64,000 bases of DNA from Monocercomonoides exilis PA203 (lineage: Eukaryota > Protista > Preaxostyla): positions 1,488,001 to 1,552,000 of the forward strand of contig LSRY02000003.1 in assembly GCA_001643675.2 (NCBI GenBank), read 5' to 3'. This document shows positions 22,961-36,889 of the stretch, piece after piece (the first letter of the stretch is position 1; each line of letters begins with the position of its first letter). The notes under the pieces are model-generated. The model was given only the letters and a program-made list of their open reading frames with translations, made no database searches and had not been told where the DNA came from. The position numbers and the translations under genes are program-made.

Positions 22961-24023
22961 CTTTCACAGCTGGTTGATCTTTCTGATCCGAATGTGGATG
23001 TTGTGTTTGTGTCATAAGAGGAGCTGTTGCATGACACGAAAGCCTATTTCAAAAAGCTTCTTGTTTCCAGGGCAGCGCAGCAGTCGTCTCTTCGCTCAGC
23101 GCCTTCGTCTTCTTCGTCTGCTAAAGAATTCCGGAGGCGGAGAAGCGAAGAGAAGAAAGTGACAGGAGATGATAAGCCATCATCAGCACCTGCGATTGAC
23201 CCTTCGGATGCGTCGGCTGTGGCTGCGTCATACACGTCTGCAGGAGCGATGGATGATATCGAGAGGCGGCTGCGGATTGTGGTGCCAGAGGCGGCTGGGG
23301 TGTATGGGCGGCACATGCCGCTGTCGCTGCAGCAGCTGCTGTCGCCACGGGCGCTGCAGACGCTTCGAATGATTTGTTGTGGCTCGGCGGGCGGTGCTGT
23401 ATGGGGGTGTTGTGTGTGCACACGATGTGGCGCTTTCGACGATGCTTTCGGTTCCGCTGGTGGCACCGCTTCCGTCGCTTGCAGCGTCTGTGGGAACGAA
23501 ATCGGGGAGCAAGCGGATCTTTGCAGCGCCAGACGCGAATGCTTTCCCGTCGATCTACGATCTGTTTGACCCGTCGCTGCAGATATGGAGATCACAACAG
23601 TCGAGGCGTGTGGAGGTGAAACTGGACGACGAAATGATGGGGCGAGGGATTGAAGTGCGTGAAGTGGATAAGAGAATGGATGCGGTTTGGTTGAGGATGG
23701 AGGATATGGTTCTGTTGCCTGAGGAGATTGTGCTGGTGGTGCTGGAGGAGCGGGAAGAGGCAGAGGAAGGTGATGTGAATGAAGTGAAAGGCGGGTATCC
23801 GGCAGCGCACAGAGAGTTTGTGGAGAGAATCAAAGAGAACCGGGGGAAGCTGGAAGAAGCGATGGCGCCACTGGTTGTGGAGGCGCTTGGGATGAGTGGG
23901 CTGAGGTTTGTGAAGGCGGAGACATGGACAGAGATTTTTTTCAGAGAGGCGCCTTTCACAAATGCTGAACAATGCTTTCACTTTGCGTGCCTGCTGTGCA
24001 ACATTGGAATACACGAGAAATAA
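22961..24023 (+). pseudogene. IQCH: IQCH-like (IQ motif containing H; ATP-grasp-like region) gene fragment, GC-rich, disrupted
   Basis: The joined frames read LVDLSDPNVDVVFVS*EELLHDTKAYFKKLL...RLRIVVPEA...LLSPRALQTLR...RAVLYGGVVCAHDVALSTMLSVPLVAPLPSLAASVGTKSGSKRIF...IYDLF...KLDDEMMGRG, collinear with IQCH motifs recalled from memory. TAA at 23015 and a +1 frameshift at ~23384. Confidence 0.7.
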
Positions 24024-27000
24024 GAATGTTACAGCAGGAAAAGAATATGAGTGTTTGAGTATTTCTTCAGTGAAAAGTCGAATTGAAATGACTGAAGATG
24101 TGGAGCAGTTGTAAATATCAGTTGATCATTTGACAGTAATTGAGGAAAAAGGCAAATTCGATGAAGAAGTTGGGTGAGAAAATTGTTTGTTTTGTGTTGA
24201 GTGAAAAGAATAAGAAGAAGGGAAAAAGAAGGAGAGAAGAAGAGGGAAGTGAGTTGGCTGACATAGCTTGTTAGTGATATGGAAAGCTTTTGTGTATTCC
24301 ATAATGTGATGCAGAGCGAGAGAGAATGGGTTGAGCGGATGTTGGCCAATGCAGCAACAGCCGTGGCGACGATGGAGTTGTGAAAGAATTCAATGAAAAT
24401 ACACATTTTCTTTGCTTTTCTCTGCGCTTGTGCTTTGTTGCGGCCAGAAGGGTTGCTTGTGTGTGAAGTGTGTTTCCTCGAAATTTCTGTTTTTTGAGAC
24501 AAATAATGAAAATAACAAATATTTTTTAATTTAATTTAATTTTATTTATTTTTCCTTATGTGTGAAATTTCTTTATTGAAGGAAAAAGCCTTTTTATTTT
24601 ATAACATATATTTTCTTCTGTATTGTTTGGTTTATGCCAGATTCCTTTCCAGAGAAGCATTCAAGAAGCGCATCAAGGCTTGCCAGCAGGTTTATGAAAA
24701 GGCGAAAGAAGCAGAAACCGAGTTGAGTGGGATCATCTGCTGGCCTTCTCTTTGGGCCATGCTTCGATGGGCAGTCTTCTTCCACGATGGCAGGGCTGAT
24801 TGGAGAAGGTGGGCAGAGGGGATGGGCGAGATGCATCTGATTGAAGGGATCTGCTCTTCAAGCAGGATCGGTGTGGAACAGGAATGAAAGCTGGGCAAAT
24901 GGAAGTGAATATGGAGAAATTTACGGAAGGACAGAAGGAATGAAGGAACGAATGGCGATAGGCGACAGACGAAAGGGAAAAAAGAAAAGGAAGGAGCCAG
25001 CGAAGATCATTCAACTGAAGAAGAACGAAGAAGAGGACTGAAAGCAGACGGCGGGTGGGCTTGGAGTTGCATGTTCAGCGCATTGGCAGCTGGTGTGTGC
25101 TGTTTGTGTGCTTTCGGAATGGTTGGCGGAGTGAAACGGTTGTGCACTGCGGGAAGTGGGTGATTGCGCCTTCTTTCCTCGGAAGCAGCCTTTTTTCCTG
25201 TGGGAATTTGCAGTTTCAGCAGTGCGCGTTGCTTGGAATGTGGATGCTTCTGGAGGTGGGAGGGGAGCAGAATCAGATGGCGGTGGACTGTTTGTGGGGG
25301 TTTCTGGCCAAAAAAAAAAAGCAGCCGGGGCAAAGTGTGGAAGTGTCTTTTTTTTCAGAGGAGGCGCAGATGGAATAGAGAGCGGGTTGCATGAGTGTAG
25401 GAGAGGATTGAAAATCAAAAGGAAAGAGAAGCAGAAATGGCAAAGCAGATGCGGGGGTTGGGGCAGGCATTTCTTCTCTGAGCTTGCCGGCATGCAGCGG
25501 CCGTGGATGTTCGTTGGGAGAACAAGCAAAAAGAGGGATGAAGAAAGATGGAAGAAGAAGAAGACGAAGAAGAAGAGGTTTGAAGCAATGGCAAATATTA
25601 TGATTATTTATTTATTTATTTATTCATTTATTTGTTTGTTTGTTCATTCATTCATTTTTGCCGAATGCAGATGTCGATTGCTCATTTCTGTCGAGCGTGC
25701 GATCCAAAAAGGAATATGACAGAGGTCAATTAATCCGTTGTGTGTTCCATTTGTTTAATTCCAGCGTTATTAAACAATATCTCATTTTTTCTTTTTCTTT
25801 TTCCTTTTTTTTTTTTTTTGAAAATGATAACCCCTTTTGACGATCCCTTTGGCTTCATAGAAATATTCAAAGGCTTCGAAATGAAGAAATAAAAGCGGAG
25901 ATTTCCAGAGTCCTCTAATTATGAAGTCTAACGCCAAGGGTGCATCTGTTACCCATTTGCAACGATGCACAAAGATGGAGCAGCAAATGAAGATACCAAG
26001 GCAGTCGATCTTAATTTCTTTTTGCCTCAACGATTTTTCGATCAAAGAAATGACGGGCTATTGGGCAAAGAGGGGGGGAAAAATGAACGGTGCAAATTTG
26101 GGTTGCTTGCTCACAAGGCATATCGAGTCTTGAGCATTTGCTGGAGACAGAAACGAAACGAAACGAAACGAAAAGGGGAAAAAAATAAATAAATAGAAAA
26201 AGGAAAAAGGAAATTGAAGATTATGAAGTATTTTTGCCTGGTGGCGGAGCAACAGCCAGAATATTACGTTGATTTTTGTTTCATGAAAAGGGTGTGGATG
26301 CAGTTGATGAGATGGAGAAGGCACTCACGACTGAATGCAAATGCCAATTCTGTTGAACGAGCGTATCGCCTTGCTGCTTTCAGACAGTTTTGGTATTTCT
26401 CTGTGCAAGCTAAAAAGCCGGAGTTGCTCAAAGGCATTGCAGATGAGCCGGGGTGCTGTAATTTAGCAAGAAGGTGGTTGCAATGCTTTTCACCGAAATG
26501 GAAGCTTATGTGCGGCTGTAAAAGGATCATCATACCCAAAAGCCATCGTGTCATCTCGGCCTTTGCTGTTTTGGCTGTCGGGGGGAGCATGTTGTGAACC
26601 ACGAAATTTCATGCCTGTTTGAGGGCAAGTGCAATGCTGCCGAGACGCAACATACGAGGAGCATTGTCCAGGAAAGCATTGACCAGATGATGCATGCGAA
26701 TGGAAAAGGGCATCTGGGCAATCAGAAAGAACGCAAGCGGAACAAGCGGAAGGAGGTGTGGATGCTGAGGTTAGATTTGTGTGACATAATTATTAATTTT
26801 AAGTTTCAGGGTTCGTGTTTAAGGGCTTGCAGCTGGTTTATTCAAATTGATGCGATATTGTTTCATTTGCTACACTTTTTTCCCCCCTGGAAAGTTCGAT
26901 CAAAGGCAGAAACAATTATAAAGAGGGTTGCATGGAAGATTGGGCAAGGGCTGTGCCATTTTCGTTCTGATGAAATTCCTGTTTGAAGCATTGGCACATG

Positions 27001-29311
27001 GTCAATGCAGTTATTATATATTTTTTTGGTGGGAAAGAAGCATCACTCGCTGGAAATGGTTTTATTTTACAAGAGATTCGTGCCATTGAAAGAAAACTGC
27101 AGCTCTGAAGAAAACGCTTTTGCTGCTGTCTTCATCATTGCCATTGCCACTGCTATTGCCATTGCCACTGTTGTTTCGTTTTGGGGGAAATGAAATGCAG
27201 ATTTTCCTGTGCATTATTCTTTTTCCCCCTCTTTATGCACCAAATGCGTTATTGCGAATTTTTAACGAGCAATTGAGCACACATTGGAACTGCATGTTGA
27301 TGGCACAGCCAATCAAGAGATCATTTATCTGTCTGAAGACTTTTGACATGTTCTGCTCATGATGATGCCAAGCAAACACAAATGAAATGCCAAAAACTCT
27401 GCGATTTACCAGCTGGAAGCAGCCAATCCTTAAAATGCGAACTTCAAAGATGAGAGCGCGAATTCTACACAGCCAAAAAGCTAAGTGCTCGGCATAAAGC
27501 AAACTCCGCTGTTTGTTTTACGCAGCCATCAGAGAAACTCTTTTTTTTTCTTTAGAAAAAAGGTTTATAATGTTCATGAGCTTTGCTGTTAGCTTTTCTG
27601 ATTTCGGAATCGCAGTGTCAAGTCTGTATCTAGTTTTGCCAAGCTTAATTGCCTCGTTTTTGAAGTCAACTGAGCCCGTGGCTGTTAGATTCGGCTGCCT
27701 CAAGCAAAAAGTGGCTAACGAACTTTGTAATGAGCTTGAGAAGAGAACAAAGCCCAGCTGCAATTAGAAACGCAATTCATCGCAATATTGCGGAAAGCAG
27801 GACATTGGGCAATCTTCGCATCTGGCCATTCCCCATCAAAAATCCTTTGCTCTGCAGACTCGATTTCGCATCCCGCAAACAGGACGTGAAGCGTCAAACG
27901 CTCGCGCTGAATCAAACACGCCGATGCCACAGCAGTCTTTCTTGGTGCACTTTTTGCTGTTCTGTTCGTCAGCTCAGACGTCTTCCGCTGCATGCAGTCC
28001 TTTTATATTATCTTCATTATCCTCAAAATCGGGCAAGGGCGATAGAGAATCTCAGTTGCTTTCATTTACCGATGAATAATCGGAATATGTTATGGCAATG
28101 GCAAAGACTAAAGTCGATGAAGTGCCAGAATTGATAAAAAAAGTCGTCTGAACGAAGTGCGATTCAAAAAGTTTTTATTCGAAAGACAATGTAATGCAAT
28201 GAGTCGGATTTTGAAGAGAGAAAAAAACCATGGCCCCTGCTCTTCAAACGAGCGAAGCGCCCTCATTTGCGACTCAGAACAAGAAACGAGCATCGGGGGG
28301 TTCTGTCCATTTCAAAATGAAAATTGTGATTTCTTTATCATTTCTTGTTCTGTGAACCAGCATGAACAGCGAAGCCAACAAATCCACAATCAGCTTCTCG
28401 AGTTGCAGCGAAAATACCAACACATTTGCTGGACTTGCATTGGCAAGGTGGTTGGGCTCAGTTTCTCATCCTCGTGAGGGCTGTTCCTGCGCCACAGGTA
28501 TCAATTGTTGGGGTGTGCGAAATGGATTACGATGCTCATTTCTGTGTTCTTGCTTCTCATTCTTTTTCACCAGCCTTCTTCGACGAACAACAAAAAATTG
28601 TCATTTCCATTTCATTCAAATTCTCATCGAATTCAGGGCCAAGCGTCATCTTTTATTTTCTTTTCGGAAGCACAAAAGGATTATTTATTCTATCGCAGAA
28701 TATCAGCTGAAATTATATGTCAACGGAAGTGATTCAATATCAAATTAAGAAAAGCCGATCATCGGGTGCACAATCCATGAAGGTTGAATCTGACTTTTTT
28801 TCATTTGGAAGCTGAAAGAATTCACAGAAAACAAAAGGAGCAGGGCAGAAGACGTTATTTGGAACGAACGATTATGTGGATGATCTTCGAGAGGTTGCAT
28901 TATTACATGCGCCTTCAACATATCACAGAAGATGAAACAAAAAGAGAAAGCGGTTGTTTTAGGAAGATCAATAATCGAAGGATAATTCTATGAAATAAGT
29001 GCGTCTGCAGCGCTCAAAAAAGGAGAAATGGGAATGGCAAAAGAAATTGAAAGTTTTGAAGAGCTTTCTGATATGCTTGAAGAAATGCATTTTGAAGAGA
29101 AGAATAATAGAAAGCATTCCTAAAAGCAACAAGCGGAATTTGCATTTGATGAAAAGAAAAAATTAGATGAAGAAATGACAAAGAAATATGTTTAATGCGA
29201 TCCGATGTGAGACTTCTCAAAAGAAAAGTGATGATATGTTCTCTTGTTGAAAAGAAGATGAAAATTCATGAATGCAAAGTGAAATGAAAAGCCATCAGAA
29301 TTAGAAGAAAT

Positions 29312-30534
29312 TTATATGAGAATTAGAAAAATAATATCGCATACAGTGAATTTTGTATCGACCGCGCAGAATGTGAGAGTGTTTGTGGGAGTGAAAGTGG
29401 AGATGAGAAGAGAGGGGGAGGCATCGCTGAAGGGAGCAATGCATCCGAGAGCATACTCCACTGTGGCGCATGGGCTTTGCTGTGCTTTGCCACAGGCATC
29501 AACATCACTTCCATTGCTGGCAACGATTTTGTTCTGGCTGATGATTGGAAGCCAGCCATTATATTCAGCGTTTTCAGCTGTATTGTTGTTCCACACTCTT
29601 TTTGATTCTGTTGTTGAACCGCATTGCTGGAATGGAGATTGAGTGATGCTGCTGCCATTGAAAAACACATCATTGCCCCTGCCATTTTCTGCTGTATTTC
29701 CATCGAAAAAGCAGAATGCGATGAATTTTACTCCATTCATCCAATCATATGTTCTTGTGCAGCACAGCGCGGCACCACCGTAGATAGTTGGATTTTCGAC
29801 TTTATTGCCGATGAACTGACACTCGTGGAGCAAGCACTGATTTGGTTTTTGTGGCGGAAGCCAATTGAATGTTACTGCTCCAGCCGCATCACCACCAGTA
29901 TTTGCAACACATACACAATTTTTGAACAAAAATTTTGCATCTGGTGGCATGTCGTCAAGGGCAAAAAACCAACCAGTTCCGCACCAGTTTGTTATTGAAC
30001 AACTTTCCACTCTGTTTTCTGAGAATATCCAATCAGAATTTGATTGTGGCCAAGCTATACAATTCGCTCCGCCATGGGCAGCTGTACAATTTGAGAAATT
30101 GGATTTTATGATATCAATTTTTAACAAATTTCCGCAAAACAACGCTCCTGCATGATCGCTTGTTGAGCAATTGAAAAAGAACAAGAAGTGATTGTGAGAT
30201 TTGCGTTTGTGCACTCGACATGAAGTGCTCCGCCCCAATCACTTCCACTATTTGAATCATTCCATTCGCACCATTCAAAGCGATGACTGTTAACATCAAA
30301 GGAATCCAGTCTTCCAGGTTTAGCTCTTTGAGATTCAGTTCCAACATGCACAACAGCAGCATTTGGTGAAGAGCGTGTTTGGTGGAGAAAAGAAACATTG
30401 AAGGTAGAGAGAGAAGTGGATGGGCTGTTGAGGTTGGGAAGGATGGAACCATCGATAGGGTTGTGGGTGTGGAGGAAGAGGGTTGAGTGGACAGAGAGGG
30501 GTGAGACGGAGGATTTTATTTGCCCGAAGAACAC
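29312..30534 (-). pseudogene. Cassette type D, left-arm copy (1-bp homopolymer frameshift at ~30175)
   Basis: ORFs 30121-30534 and 29312-30238 together equal the 407-aa ORF 43688-44911. Confidence 0.75.
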
Positions 30535-31469
30535 GCAAAAATGGAAGAAGAAAACAAGAAAAAATGATTTCAGCTAACATCTCCATTGTTGTTGGTTTTT
30601 ATTTATTTTCACAATCCACAGTGTCCAATCATTTCTTCAATTCAGTCATCGTTGCCTTCTTCTTCACCTTCTTCACCTTCTTCTTTGTTTCTTGATCTCA
30701 TTTCGAGTTGAAACAGAGCATCGACCTTCAAATGCCTTTATGTCATTCTATTTGGCAGAGCCGCCATGTGATCCAAAAATTATTACATTCATATTTCTTC
30801 CTCTCAACGACCGTTCACCAAATGCGCCTTCATTTCATTTTTCATTCATTATTCTGATGAGAAAAAAGCCATCTGGACGATTCATTTCATTCAAATTGAC
30901 TTCTTCTTCTTCGATTAGAAACAAAAAATGTTTTTGCATTCGTTTCATTCAACTTTCGTCAAATTCAGGGATAAGCCTCGTCTTTTATTTTCTTTTCGGA
31001 AGCACAAAAGGATTATTCATTCTATTACAAAATGTAGCCAAATTTAAATAGCAATAGAGGTGATTTCGAGTCGAAAAAAGCTGATCAGTCGGAGCGAAAT
31101 CAAAAAAGGAGGACGATTTTGCCTTTTTTTATTTGGAAGCTGAAAGAGGCGCAGATAAAAAAGAAAGAGTATTAGAGCAATTCTTTTATGAAATGAATGA
31201 GCTCAAAAATAGCGTTCGGCAGGTTACACAACGTCACACGCCTTCAATATGTCGGAGAAGATGAAACGATGAGGGAAACATATTTATTTGAAAAGGCATA
31301 TTTAATGGATAATTCTATGAAAGAAGAGAATAAATTCCCGACAAGCAATGTTGATTTCATCAAATGCACATATGAGATGTTTTCTTCTATTTTGTGTGCC
31401 TTCTCTTCAAATATCTTCGACTTTGCCTTCATTTGTACATAAATTCACAATTTGTCTGCTCATTCAATA

Positions 31470-33714
31470 TTATTTACCAACTTTCTTCACCTTCTTCAGA
31501 AAGCCCATTGCATTGCGTGTGCTCTTGCAGGGCATCTTTGATAGCCAACAACGCATTGCTTTGATGCCAAGTATGTTTTCCATATGTTCGTCATAAGCTG
31601 AATGCCCGTTGAGAAATATGAACAAATCGACATTCCAATCACCGAATGCTTCTGTTCTGTCATGTCCAACAACCGAGTTGTCTTTCTGAGTGATGTTTCC
31701 CATGAAGGCGAACAAGGGCTCTTTCACAGAAGCGACAAATGATTCACACACAAAATACACATCTCTTCCGACACTGGCCTTGTTGGCTGAAAACACGATA
31801 TTGGTGATGGAAAAGGTTGTGGATGACACTTCTGAATCATCGTTGTACTCGATCATGAGAGCACCGCCTCTTCCTCCAGAACTTGTATCATCGCTCACAG
31901 AGCAGCTGGAGAAGGTGGAGTTCCTCACAGAAAATGTGTTGGCAGTGGAAGATGAGGCGAATGAGATGCACCCGCCATTGGTGGCAGTTTGTTGGCTCAA
32001 CTGTTCTGAGTTGATACTGGTGATGGTGCAGTTGGCGAGGGAGAGGGAGAGGGCAGGGGAGGTGGCAGAGGAGAGGACACAACTGGTGGGGGTGGTAGTG
32101 GAGGTGATGCCGGTGATGTTGGAGGAGTTGAGGGTGAGAGGATTTGTGAGGGAGGTGAGGTGGAAGATGCTTTGGCTGTTGAGGGGGGAGACTGGTGATT
32201 GCTGTGTGGTTGAGGGAGAGGGAGCCAGCAGTGAGGAAGAAGAGGGGTGTTTTGATTGTTATGGAGGTTGTTCCGGTGATGGTGGTTGTGTTGAGGTTGA
32301 GGGAAGGGGAGTTACCGGAGAGGTGGAAGAGGATGGGGGTGATGGGGTTTGATGAGTTGTGGGCGATGGCGAGGGCAGAGACTGTGAGGGAGCCCTGTGT
32401 TTGTTGGAAGAGGGCAGACGAGGCAGATGGATCTAGTGAAGAAGATGTTGATAATGATGAAAATGATGAAAATGATGAAAGAGATGATGTTGATTGTGAT
32501 GAGTGTGAATGTGAGTTTTGTGGTTGAGGAATGCCACTGGAGGCGATGGTGGTGGCAGTTGTGCCATTTCCAGTGATTTTAGTGTCAACCGCGCTGAAAG
32601 TGAGTGTTTGAGAAGGAACAAATATTGAGGTGAGGAGGGTGAGGGAGGCGTCTTGGAGGAGGGAAATGAATCCGGTGAGGGCATACTCGATGGTGGCACA
32701 TGGGGTTTGTTGGGGTCTGCCACAGGCATCAGCATCAGTTCCATTGCTGGCAACGATTTTGTTCTGGGCGATGAGGGGGAGCCAGCCATTATACACAGCG
32801 TTATCATCTTGTCCATTATTATACACTCTTTTTGTTGGAGTTGTTGAGCCACAATTCTCGAATGGAGATTGAGTGATATCACTTCCGTAAAAGAACACAT
32901 CGTTTCCCCTTCCATTAGTTGCAGTGTTGCCATCGAAGAAGCAGAATGTGATGAATTTTACTCCATCCATCCATGAAAAAGGAGGATAAAAACACATTGC
33001 AGCACCTCCATATGTCGAAGAAGCAGTCAATTTGTTATTAATGAACTGGCACTCATTGATTGAAAATTGACTTGGTTTATTTTGTGGAGGATTATAAAAT
33101 GTTAAAGAACCAGCAGAATCTTTTCCAGAATTTGAGATGCACTTGCATTTGGAAAACAGGAATTGAGCATCTGAGGGCATGTAATAGAGGGAAAAGTACC
33201 AACCAGTTCCACACCAATCTGTTATTGAGCAACTTTCCACTCTGTTATCTGAGAATGTCCAAACAGAATTAGGTTGATTGCAATACAAATAAGCAGCTCC
33301 TGCATGAGCAGCTGAACAGCTTGTGAAATTGGATTTTGCGATATCAACTTTTAACAAATAATCGCAATATAACGCTCCTCCATGATTCGTATTTGAACAA
33401 TTATCGAATGAGCAAGAAGTAATCGTGAGATTTGCATTTGTACAACTAACATAAAGTGCACCGCCAACACTTGATCCACTGCTTGAATCATTCCATTCAC
33501 ACCACTCAAATTGATAGCTATTCAAAGCAGTAAAGGACAATCTACTTAATTCTTTTCTTTGAGATTCAGATCCAATATATTCAACAGGATCATTTGGTGA
33601 AGAGTGTGTTTGGTGGAGAAAAGAAGCATTGAAGGCAGAGAGAGAAGTGGATGGGCTGTTGAGGTTGGGAAGGATGGCACCATTGATGGGATTGTGAGTG
33701 TGGAGGAAGATGGT
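31470..33714 (-). pseudogene. Cassette type E (with C-terminal extension), left-arm copy (1-bp G-run frameshift at ~32185)
   Basis: ORFs 31888-33540 and 31470-32000 together equal the 689-aa ORF 40685-42754. Confidence 0.75.
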
Positions 33715-34301
33715 TTAATAGAAGTATTTCACTTGCAAGAAAAACACACAAAAATGAAAGAAGAAAACCAGAAAAAATGATTTCTCCGAAACTCTCTGTT
33801 TTTATTTGTTATCATTTGCCCTCACAATTTAGCAATTTATTGTCTCATTCATTGACCTTCTTCTTCTCCTTCTCCTTCAAACATATCAACAACATGTCAC
33901 ACAATTTCTTCTTCGACTTTATCATTCACTTCCCAATTTTTAATTCTTCATCAATTGCTTCAGCCGCAGAGATGATAAGAGAAACGAAGAAGAAACGAAA
34001 AAATTTTGCAGTTGAAGGAAAAACTTTCAAATAAAATTTAGAGGAAGAAGAATGAGAGAAGAGGCGAAAAAGAAAGCAAATGAAGAGTCTATTTTGAAAG
34101 AGGATTCAGAAAGAAAATGGATTAGAAGGATTATGCAAATTTTTTGAATGAAAAGACGAAGATGGAAGGAGAGAAGATTCGGGTTGGAAATTAAATTTGA
34201 GAAGAGAAGGAATCAGCAATTAACGCAAAGAAAAGCATTTGGATAAACAGAGGATAAATTTGAATAAAGAAACAACAACAAACAAGGCAGGGAGATGCAA
34301 T

Positions 34302-35540
34302 TCAGAAGAAATTAAAAATATGATTAACGAGAGAAAAGAAGGAATATGAGGAGAAGCGAGGGGAAAAAATAAAATAAAAATAAAATTGGAAAAGAAAATA
34401 TAGTGAGAAAAGCTTTTTGTTAGAAGAATTAGTTAAGAAAAGATGAGAGAGCCAGCCATTGTACTCGGTATTATCAGCTGTTCCTTGATTCCACACTCTT
34501 TTTGATGGAGTCGTTGAGCCACATTGCTGGAATGGAGATTGTGTGATGCTGCTTCCACTGAAGAACGCGTCATTCCCTCTGCCATTCGTTGCGGAATTGC
34601 CATCGAAGAAACAGAAAGTGATGAATTTTAGCCCGCTCATCCAGGGAAATGTCACTTCAGTAAAAATTCCAGCTCCGCCGCGTGTTGACGAACTTGTCAA
34701 TTTGTTGTTTATAAACTGGCAATCATCAATCAAAAATTGATTTGGCTTCACTTGAGGAGGCCAATTGAATGTGAGAGAACCAGCAGAATCACCACCAGAA
34801 TTTGCGATACACTTGCATTTGGAAAACAAAAATTGACCGTTTGAAGATAAGGTGCTGATAGCAAAAAACCAACCAGTTCCGCACCAGTTTGTGATTGAAC
34901 AACTTTCCACTCTGTTTTCTGAGAATGTCCAAACAGAATTTGATTGTGGAGTAGATAAACAATTCGCTCCTCCATGTAAAGCAGAACAACTTGTGAAATT
35001 GGATTTGGTGAAGTTGAGATTTAACAAACTGTAACAGTATAACGCTCCACCATAACCGTTTCCTGTGCAGTAGCAATTGTTGAATGAACAAGAAGTGATT
35101 GTGAGATTTGCATTTGCGCGGTTAACATAAAGCGCTCCTCCATCACTTGATCCACCAGTTGAATCATTCCATTCACACCATTCAAATTTATGGCTGTTAA
35201 CATCAAAGGAATCCAGTCTTCCAAGTTTCACTCTTTGAGATTCAGATCCAACATGTACAACAGCAGCATTTGGTGAAGAGCGTGTTTGGCGAAGAAAAGA
35301 GGTGTTGAAGGCAGAGAGGGAAGTAGAAGGGCTGTTGAGGGAAGGGAGGATGGCTCCATCGATGGGGTTGTGGGAATGGAGGAAGATGGATGAGTGGATG
35401 GAGAGAGATGAGTGAAGGAAGAAGGAGGAGATTGAATTGGCATTGGTGTTTGCGGAAGTGGAAGAAGAGGAAGAGGAAGAAGTGGTTGAGATGAATGAAT
35501 TGAGTGAGTGTGAGGGAAGAGATGGAAGGGTTGGATGGAT
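34302..35540 (-). pseudogene. Cassette type F, left-arm copy (5'- and 3'-truncated)
   Basis: 309-aa ORF identical to 38994-39923. Homology extends upstream to HPTLPSLPSHSLNSF. Confidence 0.75.
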
Positions 35541-36634
35541 CGAGAAAGAAGTCGAATAAATGAAAAGAAGTTAGGAATGTGATGTGTTTCATTGAAACAA
35601 CTTTTATGTTTGTGTTTGGAGCAATGAAGATTTTTTGGAATATAACAAAAAAAAAAAGCAAAAACTGTGACAAAGTTAGAAATCAACAGCCTTTTTTTTT
35701 CAAATTATTTTTTTTATAGATTTCATGTTCAATCGAATAAATAAAATTGTTCATTGAAGTTTTCTTTGTTTGAATTATTAAATCTAATTTTCATTTCACC
35801 AAACTGAACTTTTTTGCTTTTTGAAGTTGGGTTCAATTGTTGAAAATAAAAATAAAAAATAAAAAAACATAAAAAACTTTATTTGAAGTGTAACATGCTC
35901 TAATGAGTATTCGGGATCAAATCTATTGCTTTCAAAATTTTGTTCCAACCAGCATTTTTGAACCTTTTCGTTAACAGATAATTTTTCAATTTTTCAACTT
36001 TTTTTATTTAAAAATGTTATAGTTATGATGATTTGAAAGCAGAATTTGTTTGGAACAAATAATGGTTTTTTATTTTCAAAAAGGAAATAATATTTTCCCC
36101 ATTTTCTGGTCATGCCAACGACTTATCTTAAGATATTTTGTGTTTCAAAAAATAAACGATGCTGAGAATTTTTAAATTTGATTCAAGAATTATTTTCTTC
36201 TTTTTAATTAAATCTTTTCTTCCTTTGTTTTCAATAACAAACTTTTTTTTAAAAATAAACAATAGCCATTATTGGATGTGAAATATCAAAGTGTATTTTT
36301 CATCTTATGGGAGAAAATACGGACAATAAAGCTTTTTTTTTTTATCACAAAGCATAAAAAAATTGTTTCGCTCACAACATTATTAAACTTTAACAGATTT
36401 CAAAATAAATTGAACCTTCATATCTGCAATAAGGCATCATTGATATATTGGCATAATGTTTTGTGACTTCAAACGTATTTCAAAAAATCAACAAATTGTT
36501 TATGTTGGGTCAGCAATTTATCAAACCCCTTTTTTTATCGGTACCTAAAATTTCTGGCTCTCCAGAGCATTTTTAGAAGAAAGCAAATAACAGGAAACCT
36601 TCAAAATATTATAATATGCTATTTTAGAAAATAT

Positions 36635-36889
36635 GGGTAATTATTTTTGAAGTCATATTTTTTCATTCAAAATTTTCGGTTCAAGAATTTCCTTTGAATA
36701 TGAATAATTGATCACTACTGAGTGAAAAGGCTCAATAAAGACATTCGAATATTGATTTCAGCTAATTCACTTAATCTTAAAACAGTTCCGATAATTTTTC
36801 AATTTAAATTCAAAAGCTCTTTTCAATGACAAGCAAATTTTGAAAAATGTGAAACCCAAATAAATTTATGATTTCAAAAATAATCACTC
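36635..36889. mobile_element. 255-bp MITE-like element, 23-bp imperfect TIRs, ATAT target duplication (alternatively 257 bp with a TA duplication)
   Basis: Left GGGTAATTATTTTTGAAGTCATA; right end reverse complement GAGTGATTATTTTTGAAATCATA. ATAT on both sides. The right arm shows the empty site with one ATAT (37595-37598), and the arm offset differs by exactly 259 bp. Confidence 0.8.

Noticed and set aside
23015-23017. TAA=Gln alternative genetic code (in-frame TAA in the IQCH-like frame)
   Set aside because: The 400-700-codon ORFs contain no TAA/TAG despite AT richness, and the same fragment also has a frameshift, so pseudogenisation explains it.
30170-32190. Phase variation by homopolymer frameshifts (~30175, ~32185, also 13890-13955)
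   Set aside because: Similar 1-bp homopolymer differences between arms are scattered in non-coding DNA, typical of long-read consensus error. They cannot be distinguished without reads.
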